Positions 1 to 14,668 of a stretch of 64,000 nt of DNA are shown piece by piece. The notes under the pieces were generated by a model. It ran no database searches, was not told the origin of the DNA, and saw only the letters and a program-made list of their open reading frames with translations. How positions within the stretch are numbered: position 1 is the stretch's first letter; the number at the start of each line of letters is the position of its first letter. Source of the stretch: Octopus vulgaris (lineage: Eukaryota). A program made the translations under genes and the position numbers. The DNA lies in NCBI GenBank assembly GCA_951406725.2, contig OX597834.1, positions 16,616,001-16,680,000 on the forward strand. The letters run 5' to 3'.

Positions 1-128
1 ATAATTACTTAGATTGACTTTTCATACCAATATTAACGGTAGGTCATTGTTCTGATTCTCACTGTCCTCCAGGCACACATTTTATCATCGGCTTGGAACA
101 CATCAACAAAGACTTTGTGTACTGAATT

Positions 129-337
129 CTATAAACAAAAGCTACCATTCTTGTTTAGATTTATTTGATCTGGAGTACCTTTGACTGAAGAGACACAACC
201 AGGTTGAAACACTGGTATCTCAAAGTCTCCTTGTATTAATGATGTTGAGTGTGTTGTCAACACAGACTGCCTGAAAGGAGAAGATGTTCTGTAAACATGA
301 AATACAACAGGAATTAACATATTCACATTCAAATCTG
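129..337 (-). CDS. Candidate terminal coding exon B (phase 1; NAGNAG acceptor giving a start at 337 or 334)
   Basis: ttcttaatatattccag|cag|atttg joins in phase 1 to ORF 129-332: (A)DLNVNMLIPVVFHVYRTSSPFRQSVLTTHSTSLIQGDFEIPVFQPGCVSSVKGTPDQINLNKNGSFCL*. Unique sequence with no homology support; it could be 3' UTR. Confidence 0.35.
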
Positions 338-3300
338 CTGGAATATATTAAGAATGAATGTGTCATAGTATGTACCATGCATGCTAAGAGAAGCGATCAG
401 TTTTTTCGATGCATCAGTGTGTCGCAACAAGGATCTCCCTAGTTCATGTTGGAGTGTTTCTCGAGTATGATAAAACAGAAGGACTGCATTTAACAAACCT
501 CTGGATCCTATTGTATTTTTGGATGTGGCTTATAATTTGAGAGTGCATGTATGCATTAGTGTGTGTTTTGCATATTTAATCAAGTTTTATTTTACATAAT
601 TATCAATCAATTGAATTGAAAATGCATGTGGAAGTGTGGGATGAGTTTATATACATATAGCAAAAAAAAAAAAACTTAAATTACTCAACAAAGTAAATAA
701 ATTTAATACAAAAAAATTCTCACAGATTTAGCATAAATGCAAATTGCAAATAGTGTACATACATTGGAATGTTGATTTATCAATACATAAACAAACAAAA
801 AAATAAGTAAATACAGAAAACAAATAAACAGGAAACATGAAAATTAGTAAAACAATTGACTTTTTTTTTTATTAGAATTCATAATCAATAAAAGCAAATG
901 TAAACGATAAACATTAATATGTCCTTAGAATTTATTTTCATATACATATATATATATGTGTGTATGTATAAATGAATTTGTACATATTTAAAAAAAATAT
1001 AAAAAATACATATATATGTATGTATTTGAGTATAATTATATATAATTTTAATAAATAGCAAAATGATACATATGTATATATGAATGAGTATGCGTATATA
1101 TATTTGAAGAAAGGTTTTCTTCAAATAACAGAATGACATGAATCTTTTGGAAAGTTCTGTTTGAAGTTTTTTCTTATTATATAATTAATAATGTTTATTT
1201 TAAGGAAATCTTTCTTCAAATATTGCGACTGTATCGAGAATTTTTTGCAAAATCTTTTTTTGTAAATATATATATATATAGCCTTCGGGCTAAAACATTT
1301 TTAGGGATTTAAGGATTTATATATATATGTATGTATCTATGTATGCATATGTAAAGAGCGAGTGAGAGAGGAAGCTTTATTGTCGCAGTAAAAAAAATTA
1401 AACAAGCTGAGTATTACATGTTATCTCATTATTTTCATAGCATATTTTTCTTCAAATCAAATAGAAAGCTATCAGCAGCACCACACACACACACACACAC
1501 GCATATATATAAAACACTGCCAAAATAACATTGGAAACATCAGGATTCCACTTCAGAAGCAGGAAACACTTCAGCCCTGATCAGAGTTAATAACCCTCAA
1601 CAAAAATAGCTAAAGGCACATCCTGTAATACTGTTCATATCTACAGTCGTAATGCTTTTGCTTGACAAACAAAGAAACAGATGCACCTCCACTAAACCAA
1701 ATCCAAAAGAAAATCGTTTAATAAACTGACAGAGGTTCAAACCCTAACATACTCTCTCTCTCATGGCCACCATGGACTAAAGGGTAAAGACTCCTTTCAG
1801 TCATGAATGACCATGGTATTGCACCCAGCCTCTCCAGGGAACAAGGCCAGGCAAGATTGGGCTTCCATAAACAATCTTGCCTGGCCTTGTTCCCTGGAGA
1901 GGAACTTTTAGGTGCAATACCTATTTCTTTATTACCCACAAGGGGCTAAACACAGAGGGGACAAACAAGGACAGACATATGTATTAAGTCGATTACATCG
2001 ACCCCAGTGCATAACTGGTGCTTAATTTATCGACCCCGAAAGGATGAAAGTTCAAATTCCGCCGAGGTCGACTTTGCCTTTCATCCTTTCGGGGTCGATA
2101 AATTAAGAACCAGTTACACACTGGTCCCCTCTGTGTTTAGCCCCTTGTGGGTAATAAAGAAATAGGTATTGCACCCAGAAGTTCCTCTCCAGGGAACAAG
2201 GCCAGGCAAGATTGTTTATAGAAGACCAGCAGTCGCCCATGCATACCAGCCTCTTCTCTCCACACCATCGATGTTATCCAAGAGAATGGCAAAGGCTGAT
2301 ACAGCTTGGCACGTTTAACCCTTTTGATACCAACCTATCTGAGACTGTCCTGGTTCTATGCTAAAAACCTCCAGTTTTATAGTGATCTAAATTAAAATCT
2401 ATCGAAATTTCATGTTAATTTGATTCCAACATCAACTTAATAATGGCAAAGTTACTTCACTAAATCTTCCATTATTTTCTAAATTTATTGAAAGAAAAGC
2501 AGTATAGTTCAGTAGAAATATGGTAAGGCAAGGGTTAAGCAGACCATCAATCACATAACACTCAATCTGAAAAAAGTTTGGGGTCGACCCTTCCTCTTCT
2601 GACTATCTTATCAAAAAACCCTTATCTTAGTAAGCAACATCAAACTATTATTGTTACAAAACATAGAGAGGGGGTGGATAAAGAGAGGAGAAAACACTAT
2701 ATTCTAATAATCTTGATTATCTTGATGCTATTTTCGGTATCTTAATTAATTACGTACTAATGTGTTGCTATAGTAACCACCGAGGAAAGAGAAAAAAAGT
2801 TTTCATATGGAGTAGAGAGGCCAAAAACAAGTCATTTTAGGAAATAATAAATGATGATGATGACAACTGTTTAGTTGCAAGGCTAGTAATTTCAAGAGGA
2901 GAGGGTTAGTTTGATACCATCTACCCTAGTATTTGACTGGTACTATATTTTACTGATCCTAGATGAATGAAAGTCAAGTTGACCTCAGAACGTAAAGACT
3001 CAGACGAAATATTGCAAGACAATTCTTCCAGCACAAATGATTCTGCTAATCCACCAATAATAATAATAATAATAAATGCCCTGATGCAGTACCAGGCACT
3101 GGCTCCCATGGCTTTTGATCTTAAAATATTTGGCTGTGTTATGTACATTGTTTTGTCATGGTATAAAAGATGAGCTACAGCAAATATTCTGCTCAATACC
3201 ACAGATTTGCTTGACCATCACTAGTTTGGTGGCTGACAATATGTGCATCTCTGATCATGAACAGACGTAGTGGGGGAGCATCACAGACATGTGCTGAGAG

Positions 3301-5453
3301 GAAGTCTTTGGGGTTTGAATAATTCACCTCTGGAAACGTGTGTTTCGTTCATCATCCTTAAACAAACCTTATTTAGAGAGCTTTCGAGCTGGATGGGCTA
3401 CTCAACCTGAAGAAAATTCTAACTGGGCCCCACTTGCAAGGTCATGTGCTGTTTACCTTAATATAAGATCACCATGCCATGTACATATGGTTGTGGTGCA
3501 TGTGCCCTTATCAGATGGGTAGTCATGATGGGTATATTGAACTTCATATATTTGTATCCCAGTGTCACTTTGATGGCATGCGCTTCTCTCTCACTCAATA
3601 ATAATAATAATAATAATAATCTTTTCTACTGGAGGCAAAAGGGCTCAAATGTGTGGGAAGAGGAGTCAATTACATCGACTCCAGTGTTCAATTGGCACTT
3701 AATTTATCAACCCCAAAGGGATGAAAGGCAAAGTCGACCTCAGTGGAATTTGAACTCAGAACATAAAGACAGAAGAAGTGCTGCTAAGCAGTTTGCCCGC
3801 TGTGCTAACAATTCTGCCAGCTTGCTGTCTTAATAATAATAAAAATAATAGTAATAATTATTTCTTATTTTGGCATAAGGCCAGCGATTTTTGTGGGAGG
3901 ATGTTAGTTGATTAATACCAGTACTCAACTTGTACTTTAGTTTATTGACCCCTAAAAGGACAAAAGGCAAACCTGACCTCAGAACATAAAGAGCTGGAAG
4001 AAATCGCCAACAGGCATTTTGTCTGGAATGGTAACAATTTTGCCAGCACACTACATCATCATCATTTAACATCCTCCTTCCAGGCCAGCATCGCTTGCAT
4101 GGCTTGCCAGGAGCTGGCCAGGCAAAAGACTACTTCATATTCTTGTGTCTGTTTTGACATGGTTTTTACAGCTGGATGCCCTTCCTAACACCAAATTACA
4201 ATGGTGGAGGTACCTGATTACCTCCACCCAGCACTCAACTGATATTTATTTCATCAACCTTGAAGGGATGAAAGCAAAGTCGACCATGGCAGAATTTGAA
4301 CTCAGAACACCAAGCTGGAAGAAATGCCACTAAGCATTTTGTCCAAAATGCTTATGAATCTGATAATCATAATCCTTTCTACGATAGGCAGAAGGCCTGA
4401 AATATAGAGGGGGGGGTCATTCGATGAGATTGACCCCAGTACACAACTGGTACTTTAATTTATCGACCCCCAAAGGATGAAAGGCAAAGTTGACCTCAGC
4501 AGAATGAATCTAATAATAATAATAATAATATATTAATGAGGGGAAAATACAGTGGGTTGGATAGGTTACAATGATGAGAAACAGCAAAGAGATTACATCT
4601 GATAAATGACATGAAGAAATATATACATTTATCTCAAAACTTCCCAGAATTGTATTGATGAGGGAACACAGAAAAATAAACCACAACTACAACAACAATA
4701 ATTACATAAAATTCAAACAGCATAAGGTTGATAAAAGGGGGACGTACAGAAAAGACATATTTAATAATAATAACAATTTCAAATTTCGGCACAAGGCCAG
4801 CAATTTCAGGAAGCGGGTAAGTCAATAACATCAACCCTAGTGTTCGAATGGTACTTATTTTATCAACCCCAAGGGGATGAAAGGAAAAGTCAACCATAGC
4901 AGGATTTGAACTCAGACCATAAAGACGGATGAAATGCTGCTAAGCATTTTGCCCAGTGTGCTAACAATTCTGCCAGCTCATCACCTTAATAATAATACTA
5001 ATAATAATTCTTTCTACTATAAAGGCATAAGGCCTGAAATTTGGGGGGAGGGGTTTAAGTTGATTACATCAATCTCAGTACTCAACTGGTACTTATTTTA
5101 TCGACCCCAAAAGGACAAAAGGCAAAGTCAACCTTGGCAGAATTTGAACTTAGAATATGAAGACAGACAAAATACCACTAAGCATTTTGCCCAGTGCGTT
5201 AACGATTCTGCCAATTAATCACCTTAATAATAGTAATAATAATAATAATGATAATAATAATAATAATAATCCTTTCTACTAAAGGCACAGGGCTTGAAAT
5301 GTTAGGGGAGGGGACTAATTAATTACATTGACCCTGTAAAGATGAAAGGTAAAGTTGACCTTGGCAGAATTTGAACTCAGGACATGAAGACAGACGAAAT
5401 ACCACTCAGCATTTTGCCGGCGTGGTAATGATTCTACCAACTCATTGCCTTAA

Positions 5454-5851
5454 TCTTTATATATAAAAGTAAGGTTGTGTGTCTGTCTCCTACGATTTAG
5501 ATTCCTAACTACTCTCACATTTTGCAGTGCAGTTTAACCAAAACCGGGTATCTTATAGTCGTGATTCATATCGAGCCCTTCTGGGTATTAGCGTGTGTCT
5601 ACGATGAGTCTACAATTAAAAAAAAAATTTACCATCATTTTTTCCATTTTAATGCATTTTTTCACTATTTATATAAGGGAAGTAACTCTCTAAAAATGTC
5701 TACGATGAGTCAACGATTTAAAAAAAAATTTACCATAATTTTTTTTCCATTTTTAATGCATTTTTTTGCTATTTTTTGGCTATAACTCTCTAAAAATGCT
5801 TATATAGTTATTTCCCTTACAAACCCGAGCAACGCCGGGCGATACTGCTAG
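5454..5851 (+). mobile_element. Non-autonomous Helitron (398 bp)
   Basis: Starts TC (tctttatatataaaa) after A and ends CTAG before T. It has a subterminal GC hairpin (cccgagcaacgccggg), an internal ~100-bp tandem duplication and no TSD. Confidence 0.8.
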
Positions 5852-6814
5852 TAATAATAATAATAATAATAAGGGTTTCAAGTTTTTCCACAAGGGCAGC
5901 AATTTTGGGAGAGAGGATGGGTTGATTACATCGACCCCCAGTGTTCAGCTGGTACTTATTTTATCGACCCCGAAAGGATGAAAAGTAAGGTCAACCTCGG
6001 CGAATAATAATAATAATAATAATAATAGCAACAACAACAAAACTGCTACATAAGGGACTGACGGATATTGAGACTTGCACAGTTGACCTGCAGAAATGTG
6101 TAATCCTGTATTCTACAAAAAATTCAGAGAAAAGACTTTTGGGATTTGAGGGGACTTGTTGCTACCAAATCTCAAGACAACATCTTTCTCCAGAAAGTAA
6201 AAGAAAAGACAGCCCGAGTTCAGAACAGTAGAGCAAAGTTGTGGATGGCCTCTACTCCATAGGAAGTGAAAGGCGTACGTTTGCACCTACTTCATGTTTG
6301 AAGGGATCAACTGATGAAAGTAAAATATCTAGGACATTGACAACCTACTTGAAGCTTGAAGGGCCTAACTATTTTAAGACAAAATATTAGTACCAATATC
6401 TACCAACCCTTCTGGTGCTCTATAAAATTGGCCATTTTGAAATATCGGTAGGATCTCTACATGGTTGCTCAACCTTTCAGAAATAGCAGCCAGTTCCTAC
6501 ACAAATTCATATCTTACTACCTTAAAACAGGAAAGGACACATTGGATAATGTAGTCCCAAATCTACAATGTCCAAGAAAAGACAGGATGTCCCTGTTTGA
6601 ACAGGGCTGTTCTGGTGTTATTCAACAATTTGGCTGTGTTCCCTGAACTGTCATTCAACAGCTTAGAATTAAAGAATCTGGGTTATACAAGGCATTAGAG
6701 AGAGAGGGAGAGAGACATTAGTTGTACTCCATAATGTTCCTAATAGAATGAAGAATTGTCACTTATTTCTCTCAAGTAGACAATGACATTTCTGGTTTAA
6801 TGGCATTCAGAAAA

Positions 6815-6873
6815 CTAGTAATTATAGTCTGTTAAGGAAAGTGATGGTCCTGAATTAATATCTTCATCAATAT
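6815..6873 (-). CDS. Candidate terminal coding exon A (phase 1, DIDEDINSGPSLSLTDYNY*)
   Basis: aaatgtcaaccag|AT ATT GAT GAA GAT...TAC TAG is phase-compatible with exon 14203-14350. Weak pyrimidine tract and no homology evidence. Confidence 0.35.
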
Positions 6874-6932
6874 CTGGTTGACATTTAAAATATATACGTA
6901 TACAGACCTCCACATATATAAACACATATGTT

Positions 6933-6975
<43 letters not shown>

Positions 6976-7857
6976 GTATGTATGTATGTGTATATGAACA
7001 CACGTATACACAAAGATCTGGTTTTTCTTTTTGCACTTTCTTTCTCTCATGTTCCTACCAGTAAAATACTAAACCACAGAACCACAATGTTAGATTAATC
7101 ATGCTGTGTTTTGAAACCAAATTCAATAAATACTGACTTTCCAACAACGTCTAGACTCATTCCACCAACAAAAAGACCAAAAAGACAAACAAAAATTAAG
7201 AAAAAAAAAAACAATTAAAATATAGGCAACGACTTTTACTGAAAGATAATTGTTTCTGCAGTAATGAAAAACCAGTTTTAAACAGACACACCGATTAAAA
7301 CATTTTTTTTTTGTTAAAGATACAATGTATTCTGCTCTGAATAGCTGACCCTTTGCAAGATACTTGAAGGACTGCTCTTATATCAAGGACATTTTATTTA
7401 CTTATATCTCCATACCAGCATACACAGCCATGCACTAATCAACTTGCAAAATACAGTCATCTCTCTAAATAAGCAAGCATTCATTCACTAACCAACACTA
7501 CAATTGGCAGCCCATAAAAACACCACAAACCTTCTATATCCCTTCCGACACTGCTACAACATTCTCTGCTCTTATGAATTGTGCAGCTACCAACCCATCT
7601 GATCAACCCTTTGGCATCTAAACTGACCATATCAGGCCAAAATACTCTAATATTCTACCCATTACACTCTTGGAGTGGTTGGTGTTAGGAACCATGCCAA
7701 ATCAGACTGGAGTGGTTGCTGTAGAAACCATGCCAAATCAGACTGGAGTCTGGTGCAGCCTTCCAGCTTACCAGCCATGGTCAAACCATCCAACCCATGC
7801 CTGCATGGACAATGGACATAAAATGATGATGATGATGATGATGATATACACATAATA

Positions 7858-7966
7858 AAATAGGAAAATGGAAATTTTTCGGTATTATTTATTCCCCATT
7901 ATACGTGTATCATTTGCTAATAGGAATCATTAATATTTAATTTCCTATTAGAAACTCTTCAGATAA
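7858..7966 (-). mobile_element. Degenerate hammerhead-containing fragment between microsatellites
   Basis: Minus strand CUGAAGA GUUU-CUAAUAGGAA...UUCCUAUUAG-CAAAU GAUA (mutated GAAA) CACGUA UA, followed by ataccgaaaaatttcc, similar to 40817-40875. Confidence 0.5.
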
Positions 7967-8373
7967 AGAACAATTATCATGTATATATATATACACACAC
8001 ACATATACATACATAAATAAAGACATATATACACACATGCATTACCCACCATTCCGGTCTTTTTGGCCCTAAGGCTGTATTCTTCTCATTTCCTATTTAT
8101 TTCACCTTTGTCCATCATCTTATTTTTTTTTTTACTTTCGTATGTCTACTCTATGTTGTTTTGTTTGCTTCAAGTCCTATATTCTCCATGGCTTTCACGG
8201 GGACCGCCAGCATGGGAAGTTCTCAGTCTTCTCATTAACGGTGCAAAACTGAGTGTTACCATTTGCTTGATAACTGATGAAGAATTAGGGACTTTCTGTG
8301 TCTGTCTTCCGTTCAGTCGTACACTCATTACATGTATACATTTTTTTACTTGTTGATTATTTACAATGCATTT

Positions 8374-8404
<31 letters not shown>

Positions 8405-9852
8405 AATGTATATATGTATATATACACACACACACATATATACACATACAAACACACACAGAGGCTATGTTTGCTCTGATAACTGTCTGTGACTTGTTCA
8501 GTGAACCCTCTGCAACAATTGATAACCAATGGCAAAATGAGCTGCTATGGACCACACTATGCCAAAGTATGCATGCATGAGACCAGGGACTGCATGTGAT
8601 TCACTAAAGAACTAATTGACTTTTTACTCCTTCACTATCATCATCATTTTCATGTCCTTTTTCCCATACCTACATGGATTAAGTGGAATCCATTCAAGCA
8701 GATTTTCCATAGCTAGATGCCCTTCCTGTTGCCAATCTTCACTTGTTTCCAAACAAGGTAATATTTCGCAAGGCGTAACAAGTTTTCACAGAAGATTAGA
8801 AATGACATAGGTTGGATGGAATTCACTGATACACATTTTTTAAAGGCTGAATGCCCTTCTTGTCACCAATTTTCACCTGCTTCCAAGCAAGGTAATATTT
8901 CCCTATGGCCTGACACATTTTTATGGAACATTGGAAATGAGTGACACTGCTCATGACAGCAACACGTTTACAACTCTCAAGTAATGTCAAGACAAGGAGA
9001 CAAATACATACACAAACACACAATATATGAGGACTTTTTTCAGATTCTGTCTACCACATCCACTCACAAGACTTTGGCTGGTTCAGGACTACAGAAGTAG
9101 ATACTTGCCAAAGGTTCCATGCAGTGTAACTGATTCCAAAACTACACAACCATATCTGAGTCTGCTTTTGTACCAAATTGATTTTGACAGCAAATTAAAA
9201 TGGAAGGAGAGAAACAAAGCAGTGTAAAATGTATGAAACAGTGAAACCCTGTAAAATGCAAAGAGGTCAGTTTTAGAGTTTCTTTTCGAAAGTGGTCTCT
9301 GCAATTGACCTCTTTATTTTAAAATACTAAATCAGGTCATCCTAGAGTTGGACTCTGGTTTGTGCTGACAAAGATCATTCCTATCAACCACATGGTTCCA
9401 GGTTCAGTCCCACTGTGTGGCACTTTGGGCAAGTGTCTTCTACTATAGCCTCAAGCTGACCAAAGCCTTGCGAGTGGATTTGGTAGACGGAAATTGAAAG
9501 AAACCATATATGTATATGTATATATGTGTGTGTGTCTGTGTTTGTCCTCTCAACATCACTTGACAACCAATGCTGGTATGTTTACGTCACTGTAACTTAG
9601 CGGTTCGGCAAAAAGATACCGATAGAATAAGTACTAGGCTTACAAAGAATAAGTCATGGGGTCGATTTGCTCGACTAAAGGTGGTGCTCCAGCATGGTCG
9701 CAGTCAAATGACTGAAACAAGTAAAAGAGTAAAAGAGCCTAGGATATTTCTATGGACCATTTTTGTAAATATGTTAGTTGTTAGTAAAAATGAAGCATAA
9801 CCAAGATACACATGTGTATATATGTGTGTGTATATATATATATATATATATA

Positions 9853-10213
9853 ATTATAATTAAGGGGACTGAAGGTTAGGCACCTACATGCTAGAGATAG
9901 AAGTCAAACAAATATAAACCACTTTGAATTTGCACTCCATTAGCTCAAATTTGAATTCAAGGAAAATGAATAAAAAAAAGATTTCATAAAATTATTATGG
10001 TAGACCCTAAATCCTCAGATTTCTGGTTTAGTAATAAATACTCTACCTTCATCAGTAAGGTTAACCATAATTTTACGAAATCCTTTTTTTTTTTATCCAT
10101 CTTCCTTGAATTCAACATTGTGCTAATGCAGTGCAAATTCAAGGTGGTTTACAACTATTTGACAGTCTATCTCTAACATAAGGTTGCTATACCCTCATGC
10201 CCTGAATTATAAT
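9853..10213. mobile_element. Fold-back element with ~150-bp diverged inverted arms around a hammerhead, next to (TA)n
   Basis: Arm 9853-10001 matches the reverse complement of 10064-10213, e.g. aaaccactttgaatttgcact versus agtgcaaattcaaggtggttt. Confidence 0.75.
10004..10061 (-). ncRNA. Type I hammerhead ribozyme variant in the loop of a fold-back element
   Basis: ACCUUA CUGAUGA A GGU-AG-AGUA-UUUAU-UACU-AA-ACC A GAAA UC-UGAG-GA UU| UAGGGU. Stems I, II and III all pair. The base of stem II is an A.A apposition instead of the usual G-C pair. Confidence 0.65.
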
Positions 10214-10618
10214 CATATCTATATAATTATATATTTATGTATTGATTTTTACCTATACAGTTATTATATGTTGGCCACTGATAAACTCATTAACTTTTAA
10301 TAATTTTATCCTTAATTATGTATATATCATAGTTAACTTGAGGGTATTTAATGCAATGAAAAAAATTCCATGATTATTATAAATGTCAGCCATGTACATG
10401 GTGTGTTTATTTATGAATATGAAAATGTGTGTGTTTGCATTATATACGACTGGCTAGTGGCTTGTGGCTGTTTCAATATGCAGTACATAGATATACAAAA
10501 GTAGAACAAGCAGAACAAGAGTTAGTTTGTTTCAACAGAGTTAGGATCAATGTGTGTGTATGTGTGTGTATATATATCATATATACACACAAACATAAAA
10601 ATATATTATACACATATG

Positions 10619-10677
<59 letters not shown>

Positions 10678-10779
10678 TAAATATTTCATATTTTATATAT
10701 ATCATGTTTATACAGTTATATAATTACACACTTATATGTATGTGTATGTATATAAACACTTATAAATACAATCACACAC

Positions 10780-10784
10780 ATATG

Positions 10785-10829
<45 letters not shown>

Positions 10830-10992
10830 GTATGTATGCATATATATATTTATATATATATATATATATATACATATGTATGTATGCATATATATATTTA
10901 TATATATATATATATATATACATATGTATGTATGCATATATATATTTATATATATATATATATATACATATGTATGTATGCATATATATATT

Positions 10993-11023
<31 letters not shown>

Positions 11024-11078
11024 GTATGTATGCATATATATATTTTTATATATATATATATATATACATATGTATGTA

Positions 11079-11116
<38 letters not shown>

Positions 11117-11142
11117 CATATGTATGCATATATCTATTTATA

Positions 11143-11173
<31 letters not shown>

Positions 11174-11247
11174 GTATGTATGCATATATCTATTTATATA
11201 TATATATATACATATATATATACATATGTATGTATGCATATAGATAT

Positions 11248-11296
<49 letters not shown>
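10780..11296. repeat. Compound microsatellite/minisatellite: catatgtatgtatgcat plus variable (TA)n
   Basis: About ten units are visible directly. Confidence 0.9.
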
Positions 11297-11745
11297 TTGA
11301 AATACATTATAACTCTATCTCAAGCAGTGATGACATGTTTAATGGAGAATCAAATATTTCCAATTATCTTTAAGCAGAGACGGTGAAGAAAAACTGACTG
11401 GGAATCAATAAAAGATGGACAAGAGACGAAGATGAAAAGGAAAAAAAAAAAATGACAAAAATATTAAAAAAAAACAAACTGAAACACGAGCAAAATTAGA
11501 AGAACAAGTAAATTGAACTATACATACAACCATCTGTCGGTTATATAGGAGAAAAAAAATATACAAGATCAATTGAATTTAGTTTGATAGTGAAATATAA
11601 GGAATTATTATAGCAAATTCAGAAAAATACTACATATATTAGACATTACCATTTTCATATAAATGTGTGTAAATATATACATATATTTGTGCATGTGTGC
11701 ATCTATATGTATGCATGCATGTGTATATGTGTGTGTGTGTGTGCA

Positions 11746-11799
<54 letters not shown>

Positions 11800-11845
11800 C
11801 ACATACACACATGTGATGTGTGTGCGTGCAAATAGATTTCTATAT

Positions 11846-11882
<37 letters not shown>

Positions 11883-11919
11883 CATACACATATATATGTA
11901 TATGAGTGCACCTATATAG

Positions 11920-11952
<33 letters not shown>

Positions 11953-12398
11953 TATGTATATGAGTGCAAATATATATATATACACATATAAGTATATGAG
12001 TGCAAATATATATATATACTGCATACACACACACATATACATACATAGACACACATTTGTTATTAGTGATGAAAGCAGTATTAGTAAGCAACCTGTGTTG
12101 AAGAAACACAGATATATAGCAGCAGTAATGGTAGACAGACATCCTGTCCAGAAACATTGCTAAATCCAGATTTCTGCTTCTTTGAGCCTAATCAGTAGCA
12201 AGTATCTACTGGTGTTGCATGCTAAGCAAAAATCAGTCATAAGCTGATATAGTTAAACAATGATTGCAAGGCAACTGAAGTCACACTGCATGACAGGCTG
12301 AATAGAAGTTTGTTTTATTTATCCTACCGACTAAATGTGAACCCAGTGACATTAAGGTGTGTGTGTGTGTCTTTCTTTACATCACTTCCACACACACA

Positions 12399-12483
<85 letters not shown>

Positions 12484-13994
12484 ACATACATATATATATA
12501 TATACGTACATATATATATATATATATACACATATATATATATGCATATATACACACATATACAAACACATGCACACATATACATACAGATATATATATA
12601 CATACACACACATATATATATATATATGCATATATATATATACACACACACATATATATATATATACACATAGATATAAATATACATACATACACACAAA
12701 TCAGTCAACAAGTACATATAAATGCATATATAATCTCATAATTTTTTTTACATCTGCTTTTCCATGCTTGCAGGATCTTCTCCAAAACAACATCTCTGCT
12801 GCAATCTTTTGTAATCTCCTTTGCGAGGGTTGACATCCTGTCATCAACTTTCACCACTTCAGCCCATGGCTTCCTTTGTCTTCCTCTTGCACAGTTTCCT
12901 TCTATCTGGTTCTTCCATTCTTGCCTATCATCATCCATTCATATTACATATCAACAGTCTTCTCTCTTCCCCACAATGTTTGATCCCCCTTACATTTAGT
13001 TTTTCTCTCAGCTCATTAGTACCACATTGCTCATGCACTTAATATTACACAACTGGTAGAGCATGCTTACTTTATTTATTACCAGTCTTCACACATCCTC
13101 TGCATTCAAATGTACACACACATTTTGTTTTATGCTTAAAAGTGATGCACTTCAAACTCTATCAACCCAGGTCCAGTAGAACAAACCACTCCAAATCCTT
13201 CTCTGAGTATTCATGTAAACAAATAAGGACAGGCTAGCTGTTAAAATGCATTGACACCATTGCCAACAGACATTGGTTCTGAAAGTTTGTCACCCACACT
13301 GATCCAGGCCTTCATGTCATGGAAGAGATACATTATTTTGATGACCCTTTCAGGACAACCAAGCTGGACTAAAGAGTCATATATGTTTATATATACAGAT
13401 AGATAGATAGATAGATAGATAGATATTCATGTCTGTTGTATGAAATGGGCACTGTGTTTAAGCTTAACTTCAATCAATTATTTGTCTTTATATATAAATG
13501 TTTGAAAGAAAAGCTGTTCTCTGCATATACCAATATACTATATATATATACTTCTTTGTTGAGCATGCATTTTGCCATACTAACATAGGCATGGACATCG
13601 AGTTAATTGAGGCAGGGTTTTACGGCTGGATACTCCTCTTGTCATGAACCCTCACCTATTTTATTCAAAATATCTTTAAAGGTGCAGTGCAACTCCCAAC
13701 CTATAATGTTAACATCATGGAATGTCAACATCATCACTGCTTCATTCAAATGGTGATAAATGTGGAAGATCAACATTTATGGACATAAATGTTGCATGGA
13801 TGCACACACACACACACACAACAAGCTTCCTGCAGTTTCCATGTGCCAAATCCATGTCCCAGGTATTGTGTACATATATATACACACACACACATATATA
13901 TATATATGTACATGTATGAGTGCGTGTATGTGTGTGTATATATATATGCGCACGTTTGAGAGTGTGTGTGAGTATGTACGTATGTGTGTGTATG

Positions 13995-14032
<38 letters not shown>

Positions 14033-14106
14033 AACACAAACACAAATATTTTTTGCATTTTTAGCTCCTTCTGTACTGCTCAGCATATAGGGCAGCAAGC
14101 ACATTG

Positions 14107-14137
<31 letters not shown>

Positions 14138-14202
14138 GTGTGTTATGACTGCATGTATGAAATCTTTGTTTTCTTGATTTTAAATGAATGGCAAAATCTC
14201 AC

Positions 14203-14350
14203 CATTTATGGGAGGCAGACGATTGTTTATGCGACCATCTGGAGACTGGTAGCTGATCATGTCATGCTTGGTTACTAATTCATTGTCCAGCCTGCCGTTT
14301 GTCTTCGTGCAGTCCAGATCTTGTGCTGTGTTGGTTCCTTTGTTATTCGT
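14203..14350 (-). CDS. ZDHHC14: Probable C-terminal tail exon of the ZDHHC gene (148 nt, phase 0 to 1)
   Basis: A long upstream pyrimidine tract, then ttttatttgaag|ACG AAT AAC...ATA AAT G|gtgaga. Open in the expected phase (TNNKGTNTAQDLDCTKTNGRLDNELVTKHDMISYQSPDGRINNRLPPIN) and non-repetitive. The AAG acceptor is weaker and there is no conserved motif. Confidence 0.68.
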
Positions 14351-14437
14351 CTTCAAATAAAATTTTAAAAAAAAAAAGAGAGAGAAAAAAGAAAAAGAGA
14401 ACAGATGAATAAAAACAGTTAAAACTTCAAAATTATA

Positions 14438-14668
14438 TATTTCTTTACTACCCACAAGGGGCTAAACACAGAGGGGACAAACAAGGACAGACAAAGGGAT
14501 TAAATCAATTACATCCACCCCAGTGTGTAATTGGTACTTAATTTATCGACCCCGAAAGGATGAAAGGCAAAGTCGACCTCGGCGGAATTTGAACTCGGAA
14601 CGTAACGACAGACGAAATACAGCTACGCATTTCGCCCGGCGCGCTAACGTTTCTGCCAGCTCGCCGCC
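14438..14668 (-). mobile_element. tRNA-derived SINE, family B (copies near 3620-3830, 4780-5450, 18922-19137, 23210-23580, 44630-44845, 48985-49212, 51125-51873)
   Basis: Head ggcggcgagctggcagaaacgttagc...gagttcaaattccgcc and core gcctttcatcctttcggggtcgataaattaagtacc; repeated many times. Confidence 0.8.

Noticed and set aside
8274-8300. CTGATGA motif in a TA-flanked fragment
   Set aside because: No pairing stem II or downstream GAAA, so it cannot be called a hammerhead.
10429-13042. Many long [12 protein letters not shown] ORFs (also near 13.7-17.3 kb, 37.8-38.8 kb and 45.4-45.8 kb)
   Set aside because: They are translations of (TA)n, (CA)n and (TATG)n microsatellites, which lack stop codons in most frames.
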